The position numbers and the translations under genes are program-made. A DNA stretch of 64,000 nt from positions 272,800,001 through 272,864,000 of the forward strand of contig OZ024743.1 in the NCBI GenBank assembly GCA_964016885.1. The letters are read 5' to 3'. Under the pieces are notes generated by a model. That model was not told where the DNA came from and did not search any database. It saw only the letters and a program-made list of their open reading frames with translations. Below are positions 1 through 13,534 of this stretch, piece by piece; positions within the stretch are counted from its first letter, which is position 1; every line of letters starts with the position of its first letter. The stretch is from Eledone cirrhosa (taxonomy: Eukaryota).

Positions 1-66
<66 letters not shown>
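1..66. repeat. (TA)n microsatellite
   Basis: Pure TA dinucleotide run from the window start. Confidence 0.99.
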
Positions 67-70
<4 letters not shown>

Positions 71-681
71 CTTGATATACTTCTTTTTTCTTTTTTCTTT
101 TTCTTTTCTTTTCTTTTTATTTCGAAGTTTATAGATACATCTATAAATAAGCAGTCTGCCCAAACAGTTGAATACTGACCTCCCCCCCCCTCCCACCTAA
201 TTTCTGTATCTTGATCTAAATGTGTGTGGCAGTGTTTATGTGAGTGAATTAATATCCATGTGCTTATGATAATATTATATCCACATATATATGTGTGTGG
301 GGGTGTGTGTGTGTATGTATGTTCGTAATTATGTGTATGTTTATGCATATACGCGCGCGTGTGTGTGAGTGTATGGATATGTGTGAATATGAGAATATGT
401 GTATACACTTATTTCATATTTATGTGTCTATACGCATTTTATCTGTGGATTATAAACTTACAGAGACATTAGCCTTAAATTTTTTGTATTTGCATACATC
501 TCTTTGGCATGCGTATGCATGTTGAGCATATATCTTTGTATAAATATGTGTACGGTGTTAGTTACATGTATATACACACACCAAACTGCATAAAACTTTT
601 TGTATTTTCATTGGTCAATTTTGAACTCCGTTCCCAAACGGACCTGAAATTTTGAATTGTTGTTATTATCAATAAATATAT

Positions 682-836
682 TTCATTATTTCTGAAGACG
701 GCATATATGTGTGTTTGGTATGTATATTTAATCTTGATAGTTTGTATAATTTTGTATAATTTTGTACATAGATCTGTTGAATATGCATGCCAATTCTAAC
801 ACATATATATCCTAGAAACGATCGTTAAATAATGAA
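682..836 (+). ncRNA. Type I hammerhead ribozyme motif with palindromic stem III and long stem II (PLE-type), family H1
   Basis: Stem I TTCATTATTT (682-691)/AAATAATGAA (827-836). Core CTGAAGA 692-698; GAAA 815-818. Stem III A-CGATCG-T palindrome; predicted cleavage after U826 (GUU). The ~115-nt stem II is closed by C.A, then GG..ATATATGTGT/ACACATATAT..CC. Confidence 0.8.
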
Positions 837-1030
837 CTTTTTTTGTTTAATATAAGGAACTGTTTCATTGTTTTATTCATTATTTGTTTAATATTTTATC
901 TTGACTCTGTATTCCGTTTATATTTCACCGAAAGTGATTTTTCATTACATCTCTTCTTTCCATGATATCCGGAATACATTGAGTTCTTCATACGGATTGG
1001 ACACTACCGTAAACTCTTGGTAGATTTATC

Positions 1031-1480
<450 letters not shown>

Positions 1481-1950
1481 GTGAAAGGATACTTACACTT
1501 GAAAGAAAAATTTAAGTCTGAATGTTAATTAAGTGCAAACACAAAACCAACCACGCATATCTTTACTATCTCTAATCCTTCTATAGATTTAGAAAAATAA
1601 CCAATAATATATTCTATAAAAAATGTCAAAACAACAGATGGGAATCTAATTACTCACTGCCACCAAGAATTCTCACTGCTATCGAAAAACCACTCCTTCA
1701 ACTATTCTTCTAACAACTTCACCCCTCCCTCCTAATATTCTCTATAAAAACTAAATAGGTCCTCAGTAATATTATTCTGATGAAATGACAGTAAATAATA
1801 ACATTGAAATATTGAATGTCTGCATAACTAAAAGTTTGTAGATAGCAGCTGTTTTAGGTTACGTAACTGTTATAGAAACACGTGTCAATAAATTCCTTTC
1901 AACTAAACTGTATCCATTCAAATCTTTCTATATATATATATATATATATA

Positions 1951-2093
1951 ACGAGGGAGGTGGGGTAAGGAACCAGATGGACCATAACGCACCAAAGTTC
2001 TCAATACTTAGGGTAGTAGAGTGGGTAATATGACGGCAGAGCTCAAGCCGTTTCAAAACGGCTTGAGCTCTGCCGTCGAGGTTAAACTTTTTC

Positions 2094-2095
<2 letters not shown>
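1951..2095 (-). mobile_element. Microsatellite-flanked PLE-like terminal fragment with a 22-bp fold-back; second copy of the terminus at ~18172-18230
   Basis: ACGAGGGAGGTGGGGTAAGGAACCAGATGGACCATAACGCACCAAAGTTCTCA recurs at ~18172-18225, both times beside (TA)n. Perfect inverted arms 2032-2053/2056-2077. Confidence 0.55.
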
Positions 2096-2131
<36 letters not shown>

Positions 2132-5100
2132 TATCTGCCGTTCGCAGAACTTGGCAGTCTTAACCGGTTTTCTGCGGGATTTGAACCTAGCACGCACAGA
2201 ACAGGACAGATATCACAATTTATCCGAACACACTCCTTAACTATTGTGCCCATCAAAATGCTCTGGATTGGTATTTAATTTAATGACCTCGAAACGACGA
2301 AACTAAAATTTGCCTTCTATAGGATGTCAATAGAGTATATAGAAAGAGCCGGAACAAATGTGAAGTTAATCCGATGCACTAACGATATTGCCAATGTACA
2401 TACTTTAAAGTAGCTCACTGTTAAAACTATTGCATATTACATGTTATAAAACTTTAGTTGAGTAAACATGGTTTTAAAAGTAATAAGTAACAAGAAAAGC
2501 CTCTGATGCATACTTTCTTAATTACAATTTTCTTGATCATATACTTTAAACAAACTCTCGTACATTGAGTTTAGCAATACATTGTCTTAAGAATAGTCAT
2601 GTTCATTTGGTGATCTTTTTCTACTAAAGTTAGTTGACTCAGACCACCGCCGGGCTCCTCAGTTTAACTTTTATGTGTTAGAGATTGACTTGAAAGTATT
2701 GGCTTTTTAGATAACATGATTTTCAACAAAACATTTTTCGAATGAGACCGAAATATTTTCGAGTTTGTCACGCTACGTACCGAAATCTCTACTGTAAATC
2801 TCTATTTAAGTTTTAATCAATTTAATTTTCATTAATACTAATGATGCTATCTTCTCCTTACGCGTCTAATTTCGAGATCAACGATATAGTTTCAACAATT
2901 AGCTGAGACAATAAATCTTCCTGTTGTTCGAACAACGCAACAGCCAACTACTTAATTTAACGTGTAAGCTATTGGGCATTCCACAGAAATATACATCCAT
3001 AACGTAGTTCTCAGGGAGATTCAGCCTGATGATGTGTGATAAGACTGGCTCATTTAATTACAGGTAAATCCCAGTTTTGTTGTGTGATTTGGAGCAACGT
3101 AAAATAAATTGACGCGTTCGAGGACAAAACAAACCGTGGGGAATGGAACACATTAACCATTAAATTACGAGGTTTCAAAGGATGGAATTGTGATGGAATG
3201 GTTGAAGACATTGACATGCAGAATAATTATTGAACATCTGTGGAATATTAATAAAAATTTGCTTGAGTATGGAGTTCTCTGGAGACCTTTTGATGTCCAA
3301 CTCTCCTGGGAGTCTCTTACCACTGGTATATGCTTTTAAGAAATACAGATATCTTTTCGTGAAATATTAATGTTTGATAAACATATATAAAGTATTGATA
3401 TGTTCAGTAGTCTGTAAGTTAATCAATAAGGTACACAATATTCGAAGTATTTATTCTTCACTAGAAACTGACTACGACGATTTTATGGATAGGATTAATT
3501 GATAATAGTCGTAGTTGTATAAAATATCAACTATGTAAAGTACCAAAATAGGACGAAATCACTACAACTGGTGTTTTCTTCTTGATTAATGGCTAATGAG
3601 CCTCCGAAAGATTGAAAGACAAAGTTGACCTCAAAGTTCAGCAGAACTAAGCACGCATAAAACTGGAACAAATCCTGCCAAAAATTCAATCTAACGTTGT
3701 AATGACTCTGTCTATTGGTCACCTTTCAATCTAATTCTGTAATGACTGACTATAAGACCACCTTCAAGTAGGATGAACTTTAAAATAGTCTAACGTCTGT
3801 CTCGGGGCCAAAGGCTCATCTGACCAGTACGTATCTTGGTTTCTGTGGCGTGTGGCCACTGAGTAGGCTGGATTAGATGTATAACATTCTAATTCAACAT
3901 CAATTCAAAATTACTTCCCTTTTTTATCGTTGGTTAAATCAATTTCATTTAATTGATTACACACTTAAAGAAAATAATCATTACACACTGTACCACCTGT
4001 AAAACAAAAACTTGATGCATTTGTGTCTAGTTAAGGGAAATTTAAGAAACAAAACAACAATGGCTGTGCCAATGACATCACGCTAAAACGTGTTATTCCC
4101 TTTTACGGAATTTTATAATCCTTTAAATCAAGGAATATTTCTAATTTCTGTAGATAAGAGGTCAACTACTGGATAAGCTACCAATCTCTGTGAAATTGGT
4201 CTTATCATTGCAATAGGGCAATTTGAGGAACTTGGTTGTTATTTCTAGCAGATCGAGTGGCCACTTAAAAGCTTCCCCTATGTATTCGTGTCAAATTTAC
4301 TTTTGAAATGCTTGTGGGAATCAAACATCACATGTTCAGCATGTCGAGAATTTAAATGTTCTTCAGCACCACTCATTAACACGTAAATAAATTATCATTG
4401 ATAAAGTGAAACTAAAGGTTAATATGTGTACAGGAAGCACATATTTCATTAACTATATAATAGTGTAGTACATGTAACTTAATTTTTATCGATTTCGGTG
4501 GGAGTTGAAGTGAGTACGTGGAATCTAACTTCTGTAGTTTCTCTGATAAACATGTTAAATTGCATATGTGTTTTTGTTTCAAAAACAATTCTTTATTTTT
4601 CTGTGTGATATAACTTTTACAAAGACCATATTGGCATAAGTAAAGCGAAATTCGCATGTGGTAAATTTGCAGATGTGTTAGAGCGTCGGACGAAATGGTT
4701 TGCAGCTTTAATTTCATTTCATTACGTCTTCAGTTCAAATACCACCAATGTCAATGTTATCCTGAGAGCGATAAGTTTTATCCTTCTGGGATCGATAATT
4801 AGAGAACTCGGTTCGAGCATCGAACGAAATGCTATTTGTTTTGTGAATTTAAATACTATTACCACCTACTTGTGTGTTAGACTTAAAAGCTTGTCCGGTT
4901 TAATACCATCCCTTGTTATAGGGTTCCTTTAGCAAAGCTCAATCTTTTGCAAGCATTCGGGTCAAATCACTTGATCGAATATACCTTCCTCATTCCCTAA
5001 AGCAAAACTCCAAGACCTTAGCTCATACGTAGGCGGGAATGTACCACTTCGTATTCTTTACAGCTGACTCAAATTGCCTGTAAGATATAGCTTACGCTCG

Positions 5101-5287
5101 AACTTACTACTCGCTCTTAATCACGTTTTTCGTTTCCCAAAAAGAAAGGAAGCTCCAAAACGTTGATGTAAATCCATATCAAATAGTGCTAAGATCAAAG
5201 GAATCTCAGCAGTCACCTATCGTATTTATTCATACATAAGCTATACAGACTATTCTGATCATAATATCTTTTATTGTAGAAAACAGA

Positions 5288-5340
5288 GTGCGATTTGAAA
5301 GAATTTGGCTGCCATTTCTAGCAAGTCGAGCGACTAGGTA
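5288..5340 (+). repeat. Short dispersed repeat (GATTTG..GAATTTGGCTGCYATTTCTAGCA..TCGAG); other copies at ~4215, 6318, 19435, 22230, 58595 (+) and ~14110-14180 (-)
   Basis: The same ~50-60 bp degenerate motif is seen at least 7 times; family unidentified. Confidence 0.6.
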
Positions 5341-5871
5341 GATGCTGCGTAAATTGTTTTTCTTTTCATGTTTTATTGCAAAAACTGAATATCAAGAATG
5401 CGTTGCAATTTTATACACTTCGAGTTTACTTCTTTCACAAAGGAATTTCCCATCCGAATTTAAATAACACGTTTTTCATTGATACATATCCAGATTATTG
5501 TATTAATGTGGGACAGGTAACTCATTCAGTATAAAGCCTTTGTTGATACGTATTTTGATGAATTCTGGAAGGATGACTTGCTATGTTCAACTCGTACACA
5601 ATTTGGCTTCAGCACACCGAAATTAAAAATAAATTCTATAAGATATCGTTTTTACTGTGTTATCATTTTTGTGTTACATCACTCTAAAAAGGTGGTTCAT
5701 AAGGTATTTGGTTGTAGTAATGATAGAAGGGAAAGTTAGCATACACGATGTAAACTCTATACATTTTAATTTCGTTTGGTCCTCAACTCTAGATGAAGGA
5801 AGGCGTAGGGACACAGCCATGACATATACGTTGTCGGATTACAGTCCATTTCTTCCAGAGGGAGAGAGAAT

Positions 5872-5962
<91 letters not shown>
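5872..5962. repeat. (GA)n microsatellite
   Basis: Direct reading. Confidence 0.98.
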
Positions 5963-5966
<4 letters not shown>

Positions 5967-6653
5967 AATAAAGGTGTGCGCAATAGGAAAATAGAGAGAT
6001 AATACGCATTGCTGGCCTAATACTTTATTTATGGACACAGAAAGGTTGAAATATAATCATGAGCTTGGCAGTATTTGAACGTAAAGTACAGAGAGCTGGA
6101 ACAAATACCATAAACATTCTACTATTCTCATTCTACTGCAATGACTCAATCAATTCACCATCTTTTGATTTTACTATACTGAAATGAATACCATTTTATT
6201 TCCAGTTCTACTTTGAGCTGACCTATGCCGTCATCATGCAACTTCATTATTCTCACATGGTGTATGTATGCTTTACAATTTTCAATGTGGCTTCCCATAT
6301 TTAAATCAATAGATGATTGATTCGAGGAAAATATGTTTTACTATTCTAGTAGGACAAGTGAACGTTTAGAGGCCTCAGTGTATGCATAGTTGGAATTAAC
6401 AACTGCAACGCTAACAAAGTCCGCAAGGAATTTGATAGTTCTCTTATCAAAGCGGTAATTATATCTGCAATATCAATTATCATCTATGGCCATTAACTAT
6501 GCTTACCATTACAAGTCCATTGTAATTATACACGCCTAATCACCTTCATGTTGTTATTGCTCACGACCAAGTCATTTCTGGTTGACAAAATCCTTCTTCT
6601 ACGTCATTCTAGCAAGCTAATCATGGGTATCCAGGATTTATTTCGAGCATTAT

Positions 6654-6749
6654 GTAACTTTGCCTTTCATCCTTACGGGGTCGATAAAATAAAGTACCAG
6701 TAATGTACTGGTTAATTGTTGGCATTGTGCCTAAAGTAGAAACAATTAT
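6654..6749 (+). mobile_element. SINE family A, 3' half
   Basis: AACTTTGCCTTTCATCCTTACGGGGTCGATAAAATAAAGTACCAG...GTAGAAACAATTAT, matching the other copies. Confidence 0.85.
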
Positions 6750-7062
6750 GTACGCGAGGGTACATTATCCTCAATGTTTCCTTGTTAAAGATGATTTCAG
6801 GGTTACTACCTCAGGAGCCGACGAACAAACGCGCGAATAAGGTTTATACTCTTCTCTCGTCGTCTAATCTGGTAAACTACAAATGCACTGTCCATAGGAA
6901 ACCCATCTCTATGTAAAATGATATTAAATGATGTCACAAGATATTGAAGTTAAGAGAAACTAGTAATGTTCTGACTAAATGAGTTACCATATTTAGTTTT
7001 GAACAATTTTATGAATTTAAAATTTACGTTGTCTGTCTTTAGTTGATAATAAAAACAACATA

Positions 7063-7105
<43 letters not shown>

Positions 7106-7861
7106 TATAATGAAGGTGATTTAATACGCTACATATCACTTATCCAGCATTGTAAATTACTCTATCTGTAATTCGGAAGAAATCAATGTTAACCGATATA
7201 CACATATAAGCGTTGCGTTAATAATTCTCTTTGCATGTCTTTAGAGACTAACATGTCACAATAACTGAAGAGCTCATTTCCGGAAGTGCGCAATAGCTGT
7301 TATACTGTAGAGACATGAACACCATTGTGTCTCATGCTTCCATAAGAAACGGTATTCATTCATAAAGTCACGCGTAAATATGGTGATGAATTTCCTTCTC
7401 AGTGGCGCATGAATATATCGTCTTCGTGTAATGTATCTGATAGAAAGTATATGTTAAATGTGTGCGTGTCTATAAATGCACACAGTACATGTGTATGCAT
7501 ATGATATATTAATGAAAGGGTATCTATGGTCCAGTCAGAATCTCAATTAAAGTATTCAAAGCAGTGTTAGATGCGATGAATAGATATTATTTCTAAACCA
7601 TATTGTTTGGGACAGACGGCTAAATGTTTCACTCGAGTGCTCTTTTCAAGCGGTACCTTTTAAAAGCTTCTTTAACCGCTTTTCACTAATCATTTTTTCT
7701 AAAAATATTTATAGGCATAAAACCACCTTTAGTCTTTATTGAAGGCGTACTCAATACATATCATGGTGTAGAGTTTATATGTTATTTGTGTATTTACCCT
7801 ACATGGGAACTCGTAAATGTTAACTTTCTGCAGGGCTTATTTCTAGTTTAAATACACAAAA

Positions 7862-7950
<89 letters not shown>

Positions 7951-7954
<4 letters not shown>

Positions 7955-8242
7955 TACTTTGGGAAGGCCATGTTGCCAATTAAAACACACGCACCTACTG
8001 ATTTTCATTTCAATTTATTATTAATTTCCGGTTGGTTGAATGGTTCGATAACAAAGGCGAGACACGCAAAATAAAAACCTAGTCACCGAGGAGGTCACAG
8101 AATGTGTGACGAAAGAGCGGTAACAATATATAAACAACCTTCCGGTTATTGAACCAACCAACCGGAATTTTATAATAAATTGAAGTGAAAACCAACAGGT
8201 GCCTGTGTTTTTATTGGCAACATGGCCCTCCCAAAGTATAAC
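7951..8242. mobile_element. PLE-like relic with ~100-bp imperfect inverted termini and a decayed HHR (8082-8124) in the spacer
   Basis: GTTATACTTTGGGAAGGCCATGTTGCCAAT.. (7951-8052) is inverted at 8145-8242. The same terminus CCCTCCCAAAGTATAAC occurs at ~41790-41866 next to (CA)n. The spacer has gtcacc-gagga-g-GTCACA/TGTGAC-GAAA-gagc-ggtaac. Confidence 0.6.
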
Positions 8243-8862
8243 AATATCTGTTTCAACACACGTTTTCAGATAAGAAATATCATAAAACAAATTCAAAAAC
8301 GAATTATATATATATATATATATGTATTTATAGCTCATGTATCTCTGACAGTTCAATAAGCTCGTGATATATCATTCTTCAATAAAAAGTAAAATCCAGT
8401 GGGATTAACACGAGACTTGCATTTACATTATTGAGAATAGATAGGATATTCCCGATTTCATTCAAATCATACAATTCTCATTCTTGATTATATTGAATGT
8501 ATAATAGAAAAGTGATAACATGTATATTGGTGTAAACCACCGCCACGCGTGCACTAAAATATTTTGAGGCGAATGTCAAGTATTGTGATACATGTGAATT
8601 TATGAGCACACGTGCAAGCCACCGCAATGCCATTGATTAAATCATAGTTTTATACTTTTATACTGAATTTTTAATCTAACACATTATCATCGAAGGAAGT
8701 AGATTAAAAGGACAGAAAACAGAGACAAACGTCTCGATAGTTCTTGTTACTACCACAAAGACCGACTGATATCTGTGCATTAGTGGTAGCGATTGTTAGA
8801 AATCAGCGTAAACCTCATTCGTGATTCCCCACCATTCACAGTTGACATGAGATTTGAACATA

Positions 8863-8973
<111 letters not shown>

Positions 8974-9072
8974 ATATATAATAATTTGTTGAGTGCTTTA
9001 TATCAGTTATAAAAATATTTGCTTGTTATATCCCAATAAATTAAATATAACTTCTACATATATATATATATA

Positions 9073-9825
9073 AATATAAATTAGCGAGAATCGTATTTCA
9101 GCTTAGGAATTAACGAAAAACAACTTCCGAGATGTGTGGCAAGCGCTCAATGATTCAGATGAACCAGAGCTACAACATACGTTAAAGGCCAAACACATTG
9201 AGACGATGTTTAAAACAATCATCCGCACAACCATAAAAACGACCAAGTAATTCGGGTCAAACAAATATAAATATATGTGATTGAAAAAATTTACCCGGAC
9301 CCCTGGATGGTTGGTAAAATCCAGCATTTGGGTTTCTGCGACTCCTAAATCAAGTACTGTCCGCTTACACAAATAATGTTAGGCTTCTGGTAAGATGATT
9401 GAACAAGGAAGCCACTTTTTCAACAGGTTTTAGTTCGAGTGACAATTTAATCGTTACTGACCCCACGTCGGGCTCGGCAAGGGAGGCAAGCCTTATTTTA
9501 GGCGGATGAATTCAGTATGTGTATATTATTGCAAGAATGCAAAACATCACAAAACGAATTAAGCTCTCAACAGAATGGTTATAAGTTAACATAAGCTATT
9601 CATCAGTCATGTTATGATGTTATCATCAGTCAATAGAATCAACTAAAAAAATCAAGAAAATTAACTGGTCAATAGCTAGACTCAGGAGATTAATACAAAT
9701 ATAAATTAGCGAGAATCGTATTTTGGCTTAGGAATTAAGGAAAAACAACTTCCGAGATGTGTGGCAAGCGCTCAATGATTCAGATGAACCAGAGCTACAA
9801 CATACGTTAAAGGCCAGACACAATG
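9073..9825. mobile_element. Element with ~125-bp direct repeats at both ends (9073-9200, 9698-9825), between microsatellites
   Basis: AAATATAAATTAGCGAGAATCGTATTT...GGCCARACACA is repeated with few mismatches; pLTR-like partial tandem arrangement (inference). Confidence 0.55.
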
Positions 9826-9951
9826 TGTGTGTGTGTGTGTGTGTGTGTATTTGTGTGTGTGTGTGTGAGTGTGTACACCCAACGGAGTGATAAAAATAAT
9901 ATGATTGCCAAACCTGATGAGCGAGCACAATAACACACACACACACACACA

Positions 9952-10040
<89 letters not shown>

Positions 10041-10084
10041 CAGAGAAAAAAGAGAATCAGAGTTGCGACGAATGGAATTTATTG

Positions 10085-10180
10085 GACATATTACACTCGT
10101 TTCTCTGGCGACCAGCTCGAGGCACGATCGATGTGATGATCGAACCTCACTCTGAAAATCGAAAGGTCTTCAGATACGTC
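10085..10180 (-). ncRNA. Type I hammerhead ribozyme motif, family H2 copy 1
   Basis: Minus strand: GACGTAT-CTGAAGA-(C.A-closed extended stem II with GAGG/CCTC, CGATC/GATCG)-GAAA-CGAGTG-T-A-ATATGTC. 7-bp stem I; GUA triplet. Confidence 0.7.
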
Positions 10181-10259
10181 TTGATTCTACGAAACAGATT
10201 TTTCTTGGAGCTTACCAATCGACTCGGTCTCTCTCGCTCTCTGTATATATATAAAGACA

Positions 10260-10492
10260 GTCGATTGGCAAGATCCCAGACCGCATTCGCTTAGCGAGTG
10301 TGGTGGAACTCGCACGTTAAATCGATTCGAGAAAACATAAAAAAAGTTTACATTGGTCTTTCCAATTGTTAATACTATCTGTCGGTCACAAATCTAGGCA
10401 GAAGGAGCAACATGAAATAAAGTGTCGTGCTCAAGGACATAACGCATCGCCCGGTCCGGGAATTGCTAATCCAATTCTCTAACCACTCAGCC
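10260..10492 (-). mobile_element. tRNA-type SINE family C; further copies at ~2920-3160, 34560-34770, 37200-37470, 47760-47990 (-)
   Basis: Reverse complement shows TGGCTGAGTGGTTAGA (box A-like) and GTCCTTGAGCACGACACTTTATTTCA, shared with the copy at 45287. Confidence 0.7.
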
Positions 10493-10533
10493 ATTTAGTT
10501 GACGGATGGCTCGTGAGAGAAAAATAATATATA

Positions 10534-10723
10534 TAATTGTTTCTACTTCTGGCACGAGGCCAGCAATTACCCAGTGTATTACTGGTACTTTATTTTATCG
10601 ACCCCGTAAGGATGAAAGGCAAAGTGAACCTCGGTGGGATTTGAACTCAGACCATAAAGGGCCGTAACTCTTTGCTGCAAAACATGGCGTCCGACCCTCT
10701 ACCGATACTGCCAATCCACCGCC
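10534..10723 (-). mobile_element. SINE family A, full-length, short subtype
   Basis: Head GGCGGTGGATTGGCAGTATCGGTAGAG (box A-like), GAGTTCAAATCCC (box B), central GCCTTTCATCCTTACGGGGTCGATAAAAT domain, (ATT)n tail. Confidence 0.9.
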
Positions 10724-10739
10724 CTCAATAATACGTTGG

Positions 10740-11900
10740 TGTAGTGTTAGTATGGCTAAGGTCCTATTTAAAGGAGAGGTAGAATGATTTTCTTATTTTT
10801 TAAAGGTATGTTTAATTTTGGGGAAGGTGTATTATGTCTGCGCTGTTTAGTTTGTAAATACGGATAGGATATATTAAGTGGTTAGTTTAAGGTAATTAAG
10901 TTATGTTAAACGTGTTATTAGTAGCTGTGTAATTGAATTTTATTTAATGGCTCATAGCTAATTTAGGTTTGGTGTATACTTTTATATTTATATCGATGCT
11001 AGGTGGAGATAGGGAAGAAGTAAGTTTCATATATATTGTAGTATCATGACTGATTCTGTGTGTACCAAGATCGCCGCTAAGATTCCCTTTAATCTTGAAT
11101 AGATTAATTGGTGTAGTGTAAATATAAATAAGTCTTTAGTTGAGGGGCGGGAGGGGGATTTGTTCTCCTTTTTAAATTATTAATTTCGGGGTATGTTTAT
11201 TTCGTTTGAAAAGTATAATTTTGCATATTGTCTACACAGTTTTATTCGTTAGTATGGGTATTATATATTGTTTAAAGGATTAGATTGGAATAAATAATCT
11301 ATATGGGATAAGCTATGATAGATAACTATCGTATTTTATTCATTCAGTTTATGGATCTTATGCTTATTGGTGGCTTAATGTATGTTCGAGTGAGTGATGA
11401 GCAGAAAGGAAGTTATTTATCCGAGCAGGTGAAGTGGCGGAAGTTGTGATTTCTGTAGTCAAAACCTCTGACGGAAACCGGGTTTTGAAGACGATTGTTG
11501 ACTGATGAAATTTAACCTCTTAATACCAGTATAATAGGTTGGTTTTATTATTTAATTGTCTTTCTGTGAGATGTCTAAATTTGGTGTGGATTTATTTCTT
11601 AGTTATGTGTTTTATGTTTTGTTAATTAAACATAAAATATATTGTGGTTGATATGCTTCTGGTGAAGCATAAGGAGAGAGCGAGAGAGAGAGGGGGTGGG
11701 GAGAAGCACAGGCAGATAGAGTGTTTGTGCATTTGTCTTCAGTGAATGGCGTTTGAAAGTCGAGATATGCGTAGGAAGATGACTCATTTGAGGAGTTGTT
11801 TAGGTGTTTGTACAAACATATATATTTACATGTATATGTGTGCGTGTAAAAGTATGTATATATCGTAATTATTGTTTTGAGTCCACTTTTCCATTCTGGG
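10740..11900 (-). mobile_element. Probable decayed Penelope-like element 5' region
   Basis: The A/C-rich minus strand gives IIHLP..NIPLKNKKIILPLL*IGP (with frameshift), resembling the PLE N-terminal L.LGP motif; many stops. Confidence 0.3.
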
Positions 11901-11907
11901 ATAATTT

Positions 11908-12042
<135 letters not shown>

Positions 12043-12134
12043 AGTAAATATACACGGGTGTGTATGATTGTGTATAGAAGATTATATTATATATGACACT
12101 TGAAAATTGCAAACTTTACTGTCACCACTGAGTA

Positions 12135-12173
12135 TGAACCTGAAGATTGCGAAAGCATGAAAGTACTTGTTCA
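12135..12173 (+). ncRNA. Minimal 39-nt type I hammerhead ribozyme motif
   Basis: TGAAC-CTGAAGA-T-TGC-GAAA-GCA-T-GAAA-GTAC-T-T-GTTCA: 5-bp stem I, GNRA-capped stem II with U.U base, palindromic AGTACT stem III, cleavage after U12168. Confidence 0.8.
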
Positions 12174-12357
12174 ATTAACACTTAACATTTAATATTCTTC
12201 CATACCATTTCATTGTAATATTATTATAATTTTAAAGAATTGTAAATAAAACGAGTAAATCAGACAAAGTTGCAATTCCTTTTATTAATATATATATATA
12301 TAAATTAATAAAAACAATGAAATAAAAACAAAGAACAAGTTCCTTATATAAAACAAA

Positions 12358-12464
12358 TTCATCATTTCTGGGATGTATATATGTGTTGGTATGTATATCA
12401 TGTTTAAGATCTATGTAAAAATATACATACCTTCACATATACATGCCGTCCTCAGAAATGATGA
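12358..12464 (-). ncRNA. Defective HHR, family H1 copy 2 (stem III and cleavage site deleted)
   Basis: Minus strand TCATCATTT-CTGAGGA-CGGCATG...CATCCCA-GAAA-TGATGAA is homologous to 682-836 but lacks CGATCGTTAAA. Confidence 0.7.
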
Positions 12465-12484
12465 GATTTGCTTTTTGGTAGATT

Positions 12485-12561
<77 letters not shown>

Positions 12562-12680
12562 TAAATTTAAAGGTTAAACAAGGTTCAATCAATAAATCAA
12601 AGAATGAGTTTTACAATAGATTGGAAGCACTCTGAATCTTAACCATCTACTAAGTCAGGGTATGTCATGCATCATCTTAG

Positions 12681-12741
12681 TTTATCTGATGAGGTCGTAC
12701 TGTTGAAGATACCTCAGTACCTCTGAAATATGTATAATAAA
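12681..12741 (+). ncRNA. Type I hammerhead ribozyme motif
   Basis: TTTAT-CTGATGA-GG..GTACTG/CAGTAC..CT-GAAA-TATGTA-T-A-ATAAA. Stem III AUAUGUAU is self-complementary with two G.U pairs; AUA triplet. Confidence 0.7.
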
Positions 12742-12787
12742 ATATACTTGATCACACGAATATCTATTTTTGTTAATATTTTGAATT

Positions 12788-12818
<31 letters not shown>

Positions 12819-12825
12819 AATACAC

Positions 12826-12924
<99 letters not shown>

Positions 12925-12934
12925 CATACATGTT

Positions 12935-13055
12935 TATCCCGGGTTCAATCGTGGGTAATCACAGTAATTAAGGTACTCAATTACTCAATACATAGCAGAG
13001 TATAAATATTTAATATAGAAATGGCTTCTACAGGACTAGAACTGTTTCATTCGGG
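12935..13055 (-). mobile_element. PLE-like terminal fragment; homologous copy at ~39145-39270 (+)
   Basis: AAACAGTTCTAGTCCTGTAGAAGYCATTTCTA...ATGTATTGAGTA is shared; both copies abut microsatellites. Confidence 0.5.
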
Positions 13056-13079
13056 AGAATGACTTAGACCAATTTCCCA

Positions 13080-13462
13080 GAAGAAGGGAGGTAGGGGTAA
13101 AAGCCAAACTGGCTGTCTTGAATTCCGTATTCATGCCAGCCCTTACCCATGACCATGATTGTTGGGTGATGACCGAAAAAATATGATGGCGAATACAAGC
13201 GGCTGGAATAGGGTTCTTCCGAAGGGTCTTTGGGGTAACGATACTCGATTGAGTGCGTAGATCGGAGATGAGAGTGTTGCTCCAGGTAGAGCTACTACTT
13301 CTCCGAATTGAGAGATCGATATGTCCGATACTACGGGCCTGCGGTTACAATGTCCCAGAATAGCTGGACAATTGTTACTGGCAAAATCAACCGGTAAGAG
13401 ACTCCAAGCAAGATGATTGGATAACATCCATCCATGAGCTTGGCTTGTCTCGCTTGGAAATT
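13080..13462 (+). mobile_element. RTE-clade LINE 3' fragment (family R1)
   Basis: Decayed coding for KAKLAVLNSVFMPALTHDHDCWVMTE...RIQAAGIG.LRRV, typical of the post-RT region of RTE; homologous to 16300-16728 and 57783-58500. Confidence 0.8.
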
Positions 13463-13485
13463 ATCAGGGCTTCCTGATAATTTCC

Positions 13486-13519
<34 letters not shown>

Positions 13520-13534
13520 GTATATATATATATA

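Noticed and set aside
7257-7308. CTGAAGA followed by a hairpin and AATAGCTGTT
   Set aside because: GAAA is missing and stem I is poor; at best a heavily decayed HHR.
10534-10723. tRNA-like box A/box B sequences as tRNA genes
   Set aside because: They are SINE heads; no cloverleaf or acceptor stem.
11461-11486. AAAACC-T-CTGACG-GAAA-CCGG-GTTTT
   Set aside because: No stem II and no UH; cannot be separated from chance or extreme decay.
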